This document shows, in pieces, positions 55,078 to 64,000 of a DNA stretch of 64,000 bases. This DNA is from an uncultured Bacteroidota bacterium. GTDB lineage: Bacteria > Bacteroidota > Bacteroidia > Chitinophagales > Chitinophagaceae. The stretch's first letter is position 1. Each line of letters opens with the position of its first letter. The notes below the pieces were generated by a model. It saw nothing but the letters and a program-made list of their open reading frames with translations, ran no database searches and had not been told where the DNA came from. The stretch is taken from NCBI GenBank assembly GCA_903905065.1, contig CAIVEW010000079.1:3622-67621 (forward strand), written 5' to 3'. The position numbers and the translations under genes were made by a program.

Positions 55078-56211
55078 ATGAACCGTATTTATTTAGACAA
55101 TGCCGCTACCACGTCGCTTGATCCGGTAGTATTAGAGTCCATGATGCCTTTTCTAACCGAAAAATTCGGTAATCCATCTTCGATATATTCTTACGGCAGG
55201 GAGACCAAGATGGCAATCGAGAATGCGCGCAAAAGCGTAGCCAAACTGCTCAATGCGAATCCGGGTGAGATATTCTTTACGTCGGGGGGCACAGAGAGTA
55301 CCAATACTGCAGTTACGGCTGCTATTCGCGATCTAGGCTGCAAACACATCATTACATCACCGCTGGAACATCATGCCACACTGCACACGGTAGAGCATAT
55401 GGCCCATTTCGGGCATGCTACATTGAGCTTCGTGAAACTCACCGATAAAGGCCACATTGACTTGAATGACCTCGAAGAACTCCTCGCAGGCAACAAGGAA
55501 AGGTCATTGGTAACACTTATGCACGCTAATAACGAGATAGGCAACCTGCTGAAAATAAAAGCTGTGGGCGAATTGTGTAAAAAGTACGATGCTATCTTCC
55601 ACAGCGATACAGTGCAAACGGTAGGCCACTATCCGTTTGATCTCAAAAAGCTCTACATACACTTTATTAACGGCGCCGGGCATAAATTTCATGGCCCCAA
55701 AGGCGTGGGTATGCTTTATGTGAACGAGAACATAACCATCAAGCCCTACATCAACGGCGGCGCCCAGGAACGCAATATGCGTGCAGGCACCGAAAACCTT
55801 TATGGTATAGTGGGCTTTGCGAAAGCACTGGAAATTGCCACCGCACGATATGACGAGGACAGCCAATACATAAAAAGCCTGAAGGCTTACATGGCAGAGC
55901 AATTACAGGAAAAATTTCCCGGCATTATTTTTAACGGAGATACCAATGGCAGCAGCCTGTACACCGTGCTGAATGTTTCGTTCCCAATGACAGAGCGCTC
56001 AGATATGTTGCTCTTCAACCTGGATATGGCGGGCATTTGTGTGAGCGGCGGCAGCGCCTGTACGAGCGGAGCAAATTCTGTGAGTCATGTCATAAAGGCT
56101 ATTTACAATGGCAAGTCGGCGGAAATGGTGCCTATACGTTTTTCTTTTTCCAGGCATAATACCAAGGATGAGATCGATGCGGTACTGGAAAAAATGAAGG
56201 AATTGGTATAG
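55078..56211 (+). CDS. Cysteine desulfurase (class V aminotransferase, NifS/IscS-like)
   Basis: Motifs are IYLDNAATT, FTSGGTESTN, and the PLP-Lys region GAGHKFHGPKGVG. The active-site loop is SGGSACTSG. Confidence 0.9.
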   Translation: MNRIYLDNAATTSLDPVVLESMMPFLTEKFGNPSSIYSYGRETKMAIENARKSVAKLLNANPGEIFFTSGGTESTNTAVTAAIRDLGCKHIITSPLEHHATLHTVEHMAHFGHATLSFVKLTDKGHIDLNDLEELLAGNKERSLVTLMHANNEIGNLLKIKAVGELCKKYDAIFHSDTVQTVGHYPFDLKKLYIHFINGAGHKFHGPKGVGMLYVNENITIKPYINGGAQERNMRAGTENLYGIVGFAKALEIATARYDEDSQYIKSLKAYMAEQLQEKFPGIIFNGDTNGSSLYTVLNVSFPMTERSDMLLFNLDMAGICVSGGSACTSGANSVSHVIKAIYNGKSAEMVPIRFSFSRHNTKDEIDAVLEKMKELV

Positions 56212-56233
56212 CAGAACTCAAAATACGGTTACT

Positions 56234-56941
56234 ATGATGTTACAAGCAGGCTTCATTTTCCTCGCACTGGAACTTGTCATTGTATTATACCTGATGGTCG
56301 TTAATGTTTCCCTGCGTGCGATAAAGGACCCCAAACAGCAAAAACGCTTTATCCAAAGAACCGGACTGGTACTGGCAGCCTGGCTTGTATACGTTAGCGC
56401 TGTTTCGGTTACAGGAATTTTTGAACAGAGTTCTCTTCCTCCGCGGATCCCTCTATTGTTAGTGCTTCCAGCTTTTCTGTTCTTGTTCTACTTCTTTACC
56501 AATAAAAAATTTAAAACGATCATTGATCATACGCCGCATACGTGGCCCGTATTCTTCCAAAGCTTCCGGATCGTAGTAGAGTTCCTCATATGGGCGGCGT
56601 TTATAAAGGGAATACTGCCACAGTCCGCCACATTTGAAGGGCATAACTTTGATATACTTATCGGCCTTACGGCGCCGCTTATAGCGTTTTTTACTTTTGT
56701 GAAACCTAAAATAGGAAAATCACTATTCCTCCTTTGGAATGTGGCAGGGCTGGCTACCTTGGCTATTTTGGTCATTATTCTCATGAGGCACGCTTATTTT
56801 GTCAAGCCCGAAGTCAATAGCATTCTGCATACGGGTTTCGCCTCATTCCCATATACTTTTCTCGCAGGGTTGTTTATGCCGCTGGCAGTATTCATGCACA
56901 TTTTTTCACTTGTAAAAACGAGCAGAAAACCAATAGAATAA
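56234..56941 (+). CDS. Hypothetical polytopic membrane protein
   Basis: The protein is 235 aa with ~7 TM helices. I recognise no family. Confidence 0.6.
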   Translation: MMLQAGFIFLALELVIVLYLMVVNVSLRAIKDPKQQKRFIQRTGLVLAAWLVYVSAVSVTGIFEQSSLPPRIPLLLVLPAFLFLFYFFTNKKFKTIIDHTPHTWPVFFQSFRIVVEFLIWAAFIKGILPQSATFEGHNFDILIGLTAPLIAFFTFVKPKIGKSLFLLWNVAGLATLAILVIILMRHAYFVKPEVNSILHTGFASFPYTFLAGLFMPLAVFMHIFSLVKTSRKPIE

Positions 56942-57093
56942 GCTGCTCATTTTTAGTCTATCATTGCAGATTAGATAGCAAACTCTTAACTTTCCTTACA
57001 AATATTTACGGAAGAAAATAAAGAAATTTGCTGAGATAAATCTTTTCTCAATTTTGACGTTAGCGTTTGAATTTTAACTTTTGAATTTTAGAA

Positions 57094-58515
57094 ATGACAC
57101 ATAAAACCAAGATAATAGCAACTGTAGGCCCTGCATGCAATACGTATGATAAACTACTGGCCCTGGTGAACGAGGGAGTAAACGTTTTCCGCCTCAATTT
57201 CTCACACGGCACACATGCCCAGCATCTTGAAGTGATGAACCATATTAAGGCAATCAATAAAAATGAGGGCCTTAACATAGCTATACTGACGGATCTGCAG
57301 GGTCCTAAGCTACGTGTAGGTGAGATAGAAGGCAATGCCCTGGACCTAAAAAATGGTGATCAGTTTTATTTCACCAATGAAAAATGTATGGGAACGTTGG
57401 AGCATATTTATATCTCCTACCCTGCATTTCATGACGACGTAAGAGTGGGTGAAAAAATACTGCTTGATGATGGAAAAATAGAAGTTGTCGTAAAAGAGAT
57501 CGGTGCGGATACACGGGTTAAAGTAGAAGTCACCGCCGGCGGCTTGTTGTCATCTAAGAAAGGAGTAAACCTGCCAGACACCAAAATATCTCTTCCCTCC
57601 TTATCGGAGAAAGACCTGGACGACCTGGATTTTATCATCAGCCAGGAGGTGGACTGGGTGGCGCTTTCGTTTGTGCGCCGGCCCGAAGATGTGACACAGC
57701 TCCGCGAAATTCTAGTGAGCAAGAACAGTAAAGCGAAGATCATATCAAAAATAGAAAAACCAGAGGCACTGGAGCACCTCCGCGAAGTGATACTTGCATC
57801 TGACGCAATCATGGTGGCCCGCGGCGACCTAGGCGTGGAACTGCCGCTGGAGCAGGTGCCTATGATACAAAAGAACATCGTGCGCAAATGTATTCACCGT
57901 GCCAAGCCGGTGATCATAGCCACCCAGATGATGGAGAGCATGATAGACCGCACACGCCCTAACCGAAGCGAAATAACGGACGTAGCAAATGCCGTGATGG
58001 AAGGCGCAGACGCCGTAATGCTCAGCGGCGAAACTGCTATGGGGCAATATCCGGAGCTGGTAGTACGGACAATGGTGAGCATTATAAAAGAGGTGGAAAA
58101 AGAAGAAGACGTATATAACCGGAACCTTACCCCGAAGCCGCACTCACCCTCATTCCTCAGCGATGCCCTTTGTTATAATGCATGCGGAATAGCAAAAGAC
58201 ATAAGCGCAAATGCATTGATTGGCATGACACAATCGGGCTATACTGGTTTCATGTTGTCGAGTTTCCGGCCTCATTCGCCCATCTATGTGTTTACCAAAA
58301 CACATGCCCTGGTAAACCAACTTAGCCTCAGCTGGGGCGTCCAGGCATTCTACTACGATAAGGAAGAAAGCATTGATGGCATCATCGCCGACCAGGTGGC
58401 TTTTCTCAAGGAAAAAGGCATGCTTAAAACGGGTGACGTAGTCGTAAATACGGGTAGTACTCCCGTTCAAGATCACTTGCCTACTAATATGCTGAAAATA
58501 ACAAAGGTGCTTTAA
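57094..58515 (+). CDS. pyk: Pyruvate kinase
   Basis: Motifs are KIIATVGPA, FRLNFSHG, MVARGDLGVE and ATQMMESM. Confidence 0.97.
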   Translation: MTHKTKIIATVGPACNTYDKLLALVNEGVNVFRLNFSHGTHAQHLEVMNHIKAINKNEGLNIAILTDLQGPKLRVGEIEGNALDLKNGDQFYFTNEKCMGTLEHIYISYPAFHDDVRVGEKILLDDGKIEVVVKEIGADTRVKVEVTAGGLLSSKKGVNLPDTKISLPSLSEKDLDDLDFIISQEVDWVALSFVRRPEDVTQLREILVSKNSKAKIISKIEKPEALEHLREVILASDAIMVARGDLGVELPLEQVPMIQKNIVRKCIHRAKPVIIATQMMESMIDRTRPNRSEITDVANAVMEGADAVMLSGETAMGQYPELVVRTMVSIIKEVEKEEDVYNRNLTPKPHSPSFLSDALCYNACGIAKDISANALIGMTQSGYTGFMLSSFRPHSPIYVFTKTHALVNQLSLSWGVQAFYYDKEESIDGIIADQVAFLKEKGMLKTGDVVVNTGSTPVQDHLPTNMLKITKVL

Positions 58516-58551
58516 GGATAGCGCCAATCAGCAACTGAAACTCATTCTGTC

Positions 58552-58576
58552 AAAACCTGCTTTCACAGCAGGTTTT
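58552..58576. terminator. Bidirectional terminator hairpin
   Basis: AAAACCTGCT-TTCAC-AGCAGGTTTT lies between the convergent pyk and 2H-phosphoesterase genes. Confidence 0.75.
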
Positions 58577-58577
58577 G

Positions 58578-59105
58578 TTATTTACGCCCCAACTTTATTT
58601 TTTCTATCGTAGTCACTACCCTGTTTTCATAATTTATAATGTCCAGCGATGATATTCTACCCTTAATAACAAACTCCTTTTCATTCCATTCATCTACAAT
58701 CTTTTTGATAATTGTTACGTCTGCATTATTTGCAATGCTGGTGTGCGGCATATAGCTGATATCTATCCGATGGTAGACGGAAAGCTTATCGCTATATAGC
58801 CGGTCATGGAGTTTTACTATTTTACTAAATCCTTCGTCGGGCACCAAAAACGCATCGTAATTGTTACTGAATGAATCTTTGTTGATGACAGCACAACGCA
58901 GGCAGAATGGAATGATCATTATACCATTCGCCTGTTTCTTAATTTCAGCAACAAAATCTTCCGTAGGCATATCAGGAACCGAGAACACAATGGTAAAATG
59001 TGGCGCGATTACATTATAAAGACTATTGTATTCCTTCCGGGACTGCTGTATCAATTCATGATCAGCCATAGCGAGTTCGGGATACGCAATTACGTGAAGG
59101 TTCAT
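58578..59105 (-). CDS. 2H phosphoesterase superfamily protein (LigT / 2'-5' RNA ligase-like)
   Basis: There are two H-x-[TS]-x motifs at the expected spacing: PHFTIVF and PHTSIAN. Confidence 0.6.
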   Translation of the reverse strand: MNLHVIAYPELAMADHELIQQSRKEYNSLYNVIAPHFTIVFSVPDMPTEDFVAEIKKQANGIMIIPFCLRCAVINKDSFSNNYDAFLVPDEGFSKIVKLHDRLYSDKLSVYHRIDISYMPHTSIANNADVTIIKKIVDEWNEKEFVIKGRISSLDIINYENRVVTTIEKIKLGRK

Positions 59106-59379
59106 TTGGAATAATTGTACTTCTTTTTAATTGGTTTCTTAACGTTGTTGACCTGATAGCAAATTTAGCAGGGTTTAATCTGTTCATCAGTCCTTTTATT
59201 GGGAGATTTTGAATGCAAACACTACGTTTCGACCCTCAAGGAAAATGGAGACGCTCTAAAATGGTAAGTGTCGCCCTGAACTTTACCTTTTTTTGTTCGA
59301 CCAGTATTTAGGACCTGTAGCGTTCGCGATTTGGAATTTGGGCATCCGGACTTTATCTTCATTCCAAATTCACCAACAG

Positions 59380-60621
59380 ATGCTGAGGCATGTACCATTT
59401 TTAAAGGCGGTATTCCTTTATTCCTTTACGGCTTTCGGAGGGCCGCAGGGGCATATGGGCATGATGGTGCGGACTTTTGTGCAGAAAAGGAAAGATATTA
59501 CAGAAGATGAATTGCTGGAATATAACTCGTTTTGTATGATGCTCCCCGGCCCGTCTTCCACGCAAACAGTAATGCTGATAGCTATGAAGCGGGGTGGGGT
59601 GCCACTGGCCATTCTTACATTATTGTTGTGGGTTTTTCCGGCTGCCTTACTGATGGGGGCGTTTTCCTTTGTTATTTACTATTTCAGCAGCGAGGCGCAC
59701 GTGGGTAATAAAATGATCCCGCTCAATTTATTTAAATTTATCATACCCATGTCGGTGGGGTTTGTATTTTTTGCAGCCGCCAGGATGATGCTGACCAGCA
59801 TAAAGTATATTGCCACTGCTGCCATAATGGTGGGCAGCCTTGTCGTTACATTGTTTGTCCGGTCACCGTGGGTGTTTCCTGCGCTAATGATCGTTTCTGG
59901 CTTTATCAGTAACTTCAGTAATAAGCGTATCCCTACGCCGCAGCAAAAACCCAAGAAGATCAACTGGATGCACTTGTGGCTGTTTGCGTTGATCTTCATA
60001 ATAGCTGGTGTGATGAGCGAGGTTGCGAAAAATCGGCCGGATTGGAACCATGGCCGTGTTTTTCACCTGTTTGAGAATTTCTACCGTTTTGGTTCTTTTG
60101 TATTTGGAGGAGGGCAGGCGTTATTGCCCCAGATGCTTTACCAATTCGTGAGCAGGTCCAGCTCGCACTATATGGATGCCGACCAACTGCTCACCGGCTA
60201 TGGTATGGTACAGGCGGTGCCCGGCCCGGTATTTTCCATTTCTTCTTTTGTAGGCGGTGTGGCTATGAGCCCGTACGGGGGCATGTGGCAGGCGATAGGC
60301 TGTGTAGTAGCCACTATAGCGGTATTTCTTCCCAGCACTCTGCTATTGTTCTTCTTGTTCCCGGTCTATGAAAATCTAAAGCACCACGTTATCATCTTTC
60401 GGTCATTAGAGGGCATTAACTCTGCGGTCGTTGGCATCATCTGGGCTTCCGGTATTGTGTTATTTGAGTCCATAGCCTTCGATAAGGCCGATCCGCTGCT
60501 GTCGTTTGAATGGAGCAAGCTGGTGGTGGTATTTATTACCTTCTGTCTGCTTTACTTTACCAAGATACCCGCTCCGTTCATTGTGCTTGGCTGGCTCCTT
60601 CTTGGCTGGACAACACTGTAA
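59380..60621 (+). CDS. chrA: Chromate ion transporter (CHR family, duplicated domain)
   Basis: The first half has FTAFGGPQGHMGMM and the second half has FGSFVFGGGQALLP. It has ~12 TM segments. Confidence 0.88.
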   Translation: MLRHVPFLKAVFLYSFTAFGGPQGHMGMMVRTFVQKRKDITEDELLEYNSFCMMLPGPSSTQTVMLIAMKRGGVPLAILTLLLWVFPAALLMGAFSFVIYYFSSEAHVGNKMIPLNLFKFIIPMSVGFVFFAAARMMLTSIKYIATAAIMVGSLVVTLFVRSPWVFPALMIVSGFISNFSNKRIPTPQQKPKKINWMHLWLFALIFIIAGVMSEVAKNRPDWNHGRVFHLFENFYRFGSFVFGGGQALLPQMLYQFVSRSSSHYMDADQLLTGYGMVQAVPGPVFSISSFVGGVAMSPYGGMWQAIGCVVATIAVFLPSTLLLFFLFPVYENLKHHVIIFRSLEGINSAVVGIIWASGIVLFESIAFDKADPLLSFEWSKLVVVFITFCLLYFTKIPAPFIVLGWLLLGWTTL

Positions 60622-60660
60622 CTTTAGGTCTTATTCCTCAGCAAGTCAAACGCGAATTGG

Positions 60661-61299
60661 TCATGGGTTTTCCTTAAGCAATGCATTTATGTCTCCTATC
60701 ATCTTGTTCACATCTCCGGGATTGAGCCCGTCATAAAAGCCGCGCACACGGCCATAACCATCTACAAGTGTGTAGTGCTTGTCGTGAATAAAATCCTTGT
60801 CTATGCTAACGCCAGTAGTATCATCTTCCGCGCTGATTAGATAGCTGTAGCGGGCCATATCATACAGTTTTTTCTTGTCGCCGGTCAGGAACATCCACTG
60901 CGCGGGGTCTGCATCAAACCGCAGGCTGTATTCCTTTAGTGCTTTTACGGTATCCTTTGTAGGGTCCACCGTATGCGAGAGGATCACGACGTTTTTATTT
61001 CCCTTGAAAGCTTTTGATACCGTCACCATATTCTCGTTCATTTTCGGGCACATCCCCTTGCAGGTGGCAAAGAAAAACTCAACGACGCATATCTTTCCTT
61101 TTACGTCTTCATTAGTTATTACTTTCCCATCCTGGTTTAAGAACGAAAATGGGGCTATATGGTGATTTTGCTCGTTCCCTACAACTGGCAGGACAAGCGT
61201 TTTTTGTTCATGCGTAACTTTATAGAAATAGCCGAGGAATGCCACGCACAATATCATGAAGAAGGAAAGGAGAAAAATGCCAGTCTTTTTGTTGTTCAT
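60661..61299 (-). CDS. SCO1/SenC family thioredoxin-fold copper chaperone
   Basis: It has an N-terminal anchor, the CxxxC motif FATCKGMCP, and a conserved His in SHTVDP. Confidence 0.85.
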   Translation of the reverse strand: MNNKKTGIFLLSFFMILCVAFLGYFYKVTHEQKTLVLPVVGNEQNHHIAPFSFLNQDGKVITNEDVKGKICVVEFFFATCKGMCPKMNENMVTVSKAFKGNKNVVILSHTVDPTKDTVKALKEYSLRFDADPAQWMFLTGDKKKLYDMARYSYLISAEDDTTGVSIDKDFIHDKHYTLVDGYGRVRGFYDGLNPGDVNKMIGDINALLKENP

Positions 61300-61387
61300 G
61301 CGGCAAAGGTAAGATTGCCATGGCAGAATTCTAGCTTATAAAAAGTTAGAATTCTGCATGTTGACAATGATTCTTTAAACGGGTGGG

Positions 61388-63556
61388 TTATTTCAAATTC
61401 TGATCAAAATAATCTGTTATTTTCTGCATCAGGTGCACCCGGTCCTTACCACGCACATTATGCTCATAGCCGGGATACACAAAGTAATCGACTTGCACGC
61501 CTTCATCAACTGATTTCTTCAGGAATTCAAGGCTGTGCTGCCAAACCACGGTATTGTCGTTAGTGCCATGAATGAGCAGCAGCTTGCCTTTCAGGTTCTT
61601 CACTTTATCAAGCAGGTTAGCATTTTCATAGCCATCAGGATTATCCTGTGGACGGTCCATATAGCGCTCCGTGTACATCACTTCATACATTTTCCAGTCC
61701 ATTACCGGGCCGCCGGCTACCGCGCACTTAAATACTCCGGGATGTTTCAGCATCAGCGAGGTGGTCATGAAGCCACCGTAACTCCAGCCGTGGACGCCCA
61801 TTCTGTTCCCATCTACATATGGCAAGGACTTCAGGTAATTCGCGCCCCGCATCTGGTCTTCCATTTCCACCTCGCCCAATTGGCGAAACGTCGCCTGTTC
61901 AAACGCCAGCCCGCGGTTCCAGCTGCCCCTGCCATCCATGGTAAATACAATATAACCGTGCTCTGCCATATATTCATACCAAAGGTTGCCGCTTTCCGGA
62001 AACGAATTGTGTATGAGCTGCACATTTGGCCCGTTGTATAAGTATACGATCGCCGGGTATATCTTTGTGCTGTCAAAATCTGGAGGGAGTATCAGCTTGC
62101 CATAAAGTGGAATAGCGCCATCAGCGGTATTTACATTGATCGTTACGTTCCTTATCTGCGCACGATTATAGTTGACGAGAGGGTCTGGGGCAGAGAGCAA
62201 CTTTTCTGCGAATGAACCATTCGTGGCATAAACCACACAATTCCTCGGGATTCCCGCTCCGGTATAAGTGTCATAAACATATTTTCCGTCCTCGCTGCAC
62301 AACGGAGTATGCATACCAGCGTCTTTGTCCAGGCGCTGCATTTTTCCATTCTCCAGGCCCAGTGCATAAATGTGTTTTTCCAGCGGAGATTCTTTTGATG
62401 TGGTGATGATCGCCTCCTTATTTTTCATATTAAAGCCGGCTATTTCGTTAACTACCCAATTTCCCTTTGTGAGCTGACGCACCAACGTGCCATCTGTCTT
62501 ATACAGGTACAAGTGGTCATAACCATCGCGCTCGCTCCACCAGATGAATTCGTCGTTTTTGCCAGGAATAAAAACGAGGCTGTGCATGGGGTGTACGTAC
62601 CTGGGGTTGGTTTCTTCAAACAGCGTTTTCACCATTTCCCCTGTCTTAGCATCGTACTCATTCAGCCATAGGTGGTTCTGGTCGCGGTTGAGGATAGCAA
62701 TAAAAATATAGGCTTCGTCAGGGCTCCAGGTCACGCTTGTCAGGTAATGATCTTTTTCTGTGTCGCCGGTTTTCATAACTACCGTTTTCCTGGTAGCCGG
62801 GTCATACACGCAAAGTGTTACCTGGTGCGACGTGCCACCGGCCATAGGATACTTTACATTTTCTATGATCGCCGGAATGGTGTCCCAGTGGGGGATAGGG
62901 TAGTCCCGCACCATGGTCTGGTCCATGCGGTAATAGGCGAGGTAAGTACCTTTTGGCGAAAAAAATATACCACGGTCTATACCAAACTCATCACGATGCA
63001 CAGACTTTCCGCATACGATGTTTTTGTCGGTTTCATTGGTTACCTGCATTGGTGCGTTATCATAGAGCCAGAGGTTGTTTTCGATAGTATACGCGATCTT
63101 GCGGCTTTTGTCTATGGTTACATTCTCTGCCTTGTCAGGTAGGGTAGTCCATTTGCTCCAGTTCCATTTATTGGCATCCAGCTTGCCGTTGATCACATCT
63201 TTACCATTCATGAACCAGGCATTGTCCTTATCGATCCACTTCAAGGTGGGTAAACTGCTTTTCGCGGTTTTTCCGGGATAGTCCCCGGGTTCTACGAATG
63301 CTGTTGCCGTAGCACCTTTTATGGCGAAGTCGCTATACACCCATATGTCCGCGCTGTCCTTTTTATCCACGCGCCAAAAGCAATCCGTACCAGGCTGCCA
63401 TGATGCGCCCTTTATGTTTTTTGGGGCGAGGGTAGTACTCATGCCATTAGTGGCCTCTGCCATAGTAAACATTTTTTTCTGTGCTGGCGTTTGCACAGCG
63501 ATCATCACAGCGCCTGCCAACAGCAGGCATACTTTCTTGTTGAAATTCATAAACAT
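61388..63556 (-). CDS. S9 family peptidase, dipeptidyl-peptidase IV-like
   Basis: It has a signal peptide, a beta-propeller N-domain, the nucleophile GWSYGG, and GTNDNTV and YEHN triad regions. Confidence 0.9.
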   Translation of the reverse strand: MFMNFNKKVCLLLAGAVMIAVQTPAQKKMFTMAEATNGMSTTLAPKNIKGASWQPGTDCFWRVDKKDSADIWVYSDFAIKGATATAFVEPGDYPGKTAKSSLPTLKWIDKDNAWFMNGKDVINGKLDANKWNWSKWTTLPDKAENVTIDKSRKIAYTIENNLWLYDNAPMQVTNETDKNIVCGKSVHRDEFGIDRGIFFSPKGTYLAYYRMDQTMVRDYPIPHWDTIPAIIENVKYPMAGGTSHQVTLCVYDPATRKTVVMKTGDTEKDHYLTSVTWSPDEAYIFIAILNRDQNHLWLNEYDAKTGEMVKTLFEETNPRYVHPMHSLVFIPGKNDEFIWWSERDGYDHLYLYKTDGTLVRQLTKGNWVVNEIAGFNMKNKEAIITTSKESPLEKHIYALGLENGKMQRLDKDAGMHTPLCSEDGKYVYDTYTGAGIPRNCVVYATNGSFAEKLLSAPDPLVNYNRAQIRNVTINVNTADGAIPLYGKLILPPDFDSTKIYPAIVYLYNGPNVQLIHNSFPESGNLWYEYMAEHGYIVFTMDGRGSWNRGLAFEQATFRQLGEVEMEDQMRGANYLKSLPYVDGNRMGVHGWSYGGFMTTSLMLKHPGVFKCAVAGGPVMDWKMYEVMYTERYMDRPQDNPDGYENANLLDKVKNLKGKLLLIHGTNDNTVVWQHSLEFLKKSVDEGVQVDYFVYPGYEHNVRGKDRVHLMQKITDYFDQNLK

Positions 63557-63863
63557 TAATTAGTGGGGCAAACTTACTGGATTATTGGGTAGAGACCAAT
63601 GCAAAATTGTTTGCTATGATGAAACCCCGTTGTAGCATTTTGGGAAATGGAAACAGCTAACCCGCAGATATATGAGCAGGCCAATGAATGGCGATCATCA
63701 ACATTCATTTTCATCCAGTATAGAGTGGCAAAAATGTTGTCGATTTCGTATTTCTTGTTGTGAAATGCTCATTTCCTGTTGTGGATTTATTTGTGCTCTT
63801 AATATTTTACGTGCGAAGAAAACTATATAGTATATTCATTATCTTTCCATAAAGCATAGCTAT

Positions 63864-64000
63864 TTGAGACGATATCTTACATACTTCTTTGCCTTTTTCA
63901 GTCTTCCGCTTATAGCACAAGATTATCATGTCGATTTCAAATCGTGGAATATGAGCGATGGCATGAGCGATCGCAAAGTAAATGACATGCTTAAAGACCA
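63864..64000 (+). CDS. Possible 5' end of a two-component-regulator propeller-domain (hybrid sensor-type) protein; runs off the window
   Basis: The open frame from TTG reads LRRYLTYFFAFFSLPLIAQDYHVDFKSWNMSDGMSDRKVNDMLKD. It has a signal-like start, and the G[LM]S...V.D[IM]..D motif is typical of such sensors. Confidence 0.35.
   Translation, partial: MRRYLTYFFAFFSLPLIAQDYHVDFKSWNMSDGMSDRKVNDMLKD

Noticed and set aside
1-64000. I looked for integrases, transposases, phage genes, restriction-modification, toxin-antitoxin, CBASS, retron, Cas or other defence signatures, and for rRNA genes.
   Set aside because: None of the translated ORFs showed the corresponding motifs (DDE or tyrosine-recombinase signatures, reverse-transcriptase YxDD, Cas domains, methyltransferase motifs in a restriction-modification context). 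I make no claim of a mobile or defence island.

Overview
Organism and context: this looks like a chromosomal segment from a Bacteroidota genome, probably Chitinophagia or Sphingobacteriia. Three things support that: two proteins end in T9SS type-A C-terminal sorting domains, many genes are preceded by the Bacteroidota -7 promoter motif TAnnTTTG, and the housekeeping gene set fits. About 65 genes are tightly packed on both strands.

Content: most genes are core housekeeping (hppA, der, tilS, rlmH, rplY, prs, pheT, dnaB, pyk, pdxH, gluQ, sanA, cysteine desulfurase, DPP-IV). They are interspersed with envelope, secreted and stress proteins. There is one tRNA-Arg(ACG). I found no rRNA, CRISPR array, transposase, integrase, phage genes or recognisable defence system. 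I cannot point to a convincing new multi-gene system.

Observations most worth a second look:
1. A 2,480-aa T9SS surface protein made of 30 consecutive ~73-aa Ig-like modules, each with a conserved Cys pair. It contains an internal G8 homopolymer tract.
2. A DnaB helicase with an SSB-like Gly-rich linker and a ...DDVPF acidic C-terminal tip.
3. A 60-bp-period tandem repeat of the tRNA-Arg 3' end plus its terminator, followed by ~570 bp with no ORF.
4. Several compact operons of uncharacterised secreted or membrane proteins: a LolA-like/Gly-His-Tyr-rich/lipoprotein trio, a DUF2089/membrane/hydrolase operon, and envelope genes coupled to pheT.
5. A divergent stress pair: a His-rich peptide and a YciF-like protein with a histone-H1-like tail.

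Limits: all family assignments come from reading the translated sequences against remembered motifs. No database search or numerical computation was run.
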